Below are positions 16,994 to 19,240 of a DNA stretch of 19,240 bases, in pieces; the first letter of the stretch is position 1; each line of letters opens with the position of its first letter. A program made the translations under genes and the position numbers. The notes beneath the pieces are model-generated. The model was not told the DNA's origin. It saw only the letters and a program-made list of their open reading frames with translations, and made no database searches. The DNA comes from Fidelibacterota bacterium. Lineage in GTDB: Bacteria > Fidelibacterota > Marinisomatia > Marinisomatales > TCS55. Location of the stretch: the NCBI GenBank assembly GCA_027251445.1, contig JAPNQO010000095.1, positions 1 through 19,240 on the forward strand, given 5' to 3'.

Positions 16994-18187
16994 ATGACAA
17001 ATAGCAACATAACTAATGCAAGCGAACATTTTCAAAAATTACTGCAACAACAGCTTGACAGAATAGAACGTATGGAACAAAGTGAAGAAAAAACAAATTA
17101 TGCAGAATTAGATACTATAAAAGTAGGCATAATAGGGGGAGATGGTATCGGTCCATATATTGCTGCAGAAGCTCAAAGAGTGTTAGAAACGTTATTATCT
17201 GATGAACTCTCAAATGGAAAAGTAACCTTTCAAGTGATCGATGATTTAACTATAGAGAAAAGAGCAGAGGTAAATCAAGCGATTCCTGATGATGTATTAG
17301 AAAAAATAAAGAAATGCAATGTAACCTTAAAAGGGCCAACAACTACGCCAAGAAAAGGTGATCCGTGGCCGAACATTGAAAGTGCCAATGTTGCGATGCG
17401 TAAAGAACTAGATCTCTTTGCTAATGTTCGCCCTGTTCGCGTACCAAAAGATGGAATAGACTGGGTGTTTTTCAGAGAAAATACGGAAGGTGCCTATGCG
17501 TTAGGAAGCAACGGTGTAGATGTTACAGATGATTTAGCAGTTGATTTTACTGTAACAACCAATCAAGGATCAGAACGTTTAATTAGATTAGCATTTGAAT
17601 ACGCAGATAAAAACAATATTGATAAACTTACACTCGTTACTAAAGCAAATGTTGTTAAAACAACTGATGGGAAATTCCTAAAGATTGGTTATGAAATTGC
17701 TAAAGAATATCCAAAAATTGAAGTTGATGACTGGTATATAGATATTATGACAGCAAAATTAATTGATCCAAAACGACGCACACAATTTCGTGTAATGGCT
17801 CTTCCAAATTTATATGGTGATATTTTAACTGATGAAGCTGCTGAATTCCAAGGTGGGGTAGGGACTGCCGGATCTGCAAATATTGGTAATAAATATTCAA
17901 TGTTTGAAGCGATACATGGTTCAGCTCCAAGAATGGTTGATGAAGGTAGAGCACAGTATGCTGACCCATCAAGTATGGTTCGGGCTGGAGCAATGATGTT
18001 ACGCCATATTGGTTTTCCTGATAAAGGTAAACTTCTAGAAATGGCTTTAGATATAACTGGTCAGTTTGAAAAGAAGTTAACAATGACAGGTAGAGATAAT
18101 GGTGCCAATGGAAGAGAATTCTGTGATTATATCCTTGATACCGTTAATGATCCAGAGCTAGAAAAGAAATGGGAATCTTACCAGTAA
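16994..18187 (+). CDS. Isocitrate/isopropylmalate dehydrogenase family protein (probably isocitrate dehydrogenase)
   Basis: GDGIGP, LKGPTTTP, SANVAMRKELDLFANVRP, RENTEG.Y, KANV, PNLYGDILTDEAA, FEAIHGSAP. The SxNVxxR motif favours isocitrate, but substrate and cofactor are not certain. Confidence 0.88.
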   Translation: MTNSNITNASEHFQKLLQQQLDRIERMEQSEEKTNYAELDTIKVGIIGGDGIGPYIAAEAQRVLETLLSDELSNGKVTFQVIDDLTIEKRAEVNQAIPDDVLEKIKKCNVTLKGPTTTPRKGDPWPNIESANVAMRKELDLFANVRPVRVPKDGIDWVFFRENTEGAYALGSNGVDVTDDLAVDFTVTTNQGSERLIRLAFEYADKNNIDKLTLVTKANVVKTTDGKFLKIGYEIAKEYPKIEVDDWYIDIMTAKLIDPKRRTQFRVMALPNLYGDILTDEAAEFQGGVGTAGSANIGNKYSMFEAIHGSAPRMVDEGRAQYADPSSMVRAGAMMLRHIGFPDKGKLLEMALDITGQFEKKLTMTGRDNGANGREFCDYILDTVNDPELEKKWESYQ

Positions 18188-18210
18188 TTTATCCAAAATA
18201 ACTTAACGAT

Positions 18211-19240
<1,030 letters not shown>

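Noticed and set aside
229..18083. Short minus-strand ORFs and the alternate-frame ORF 11932..12126 in the ORF track
   Set aside because: All are 61-112 aa, lie within well-supported + strand genes and show no recognisable motifs; they are shadow ORFs.

Overview
AT-rich bacterial window (roughly 30% GC by eye). All credible genes lie on the + strand and are tightly packed. Gene content, a T9SS-type C-terminal sorting domain and the scarcity of Shine-Dalgarno sites point to an FCB-superphylum organism, plausibly Marinimicrobia/SAR406-like (inference only). Order: (1) an envelope cluster made of a left-truncated M6/immune-inhibitor-A-like protein with FG-GAP repeats and a T9SS CTD whose zinc-binding motif is destroyed, a gluzincin + PD40/TolB propeller + Omp85-like barrel protein, a DUF5683-like protein and bamD; (2) nadD, a Ca2+/Na+ antiporter and ftsEX; (3) hrcA-grpE-dnaJ with no dnaK and no CIRCE, where DnaJ has only one zinc centre; (4) two hypothetical genes resembling a degenerate type IV pilin and a PilM/GspL-like fusion; (5) rsmD-coaD, an FmdB-type zinc ribbon, an isocitrate/isopropylmalate-family dehydrogenase, an intrinsic terminator, obg and the start of a further ORF. 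No rRNA, tRNA, CRISPR array or mobile element was seen. The best candidates for undescribed biology are the pseudoprotease/protease-barrel/BamD cluster and the orphan pilin-like + PilM/GspL-like pair.
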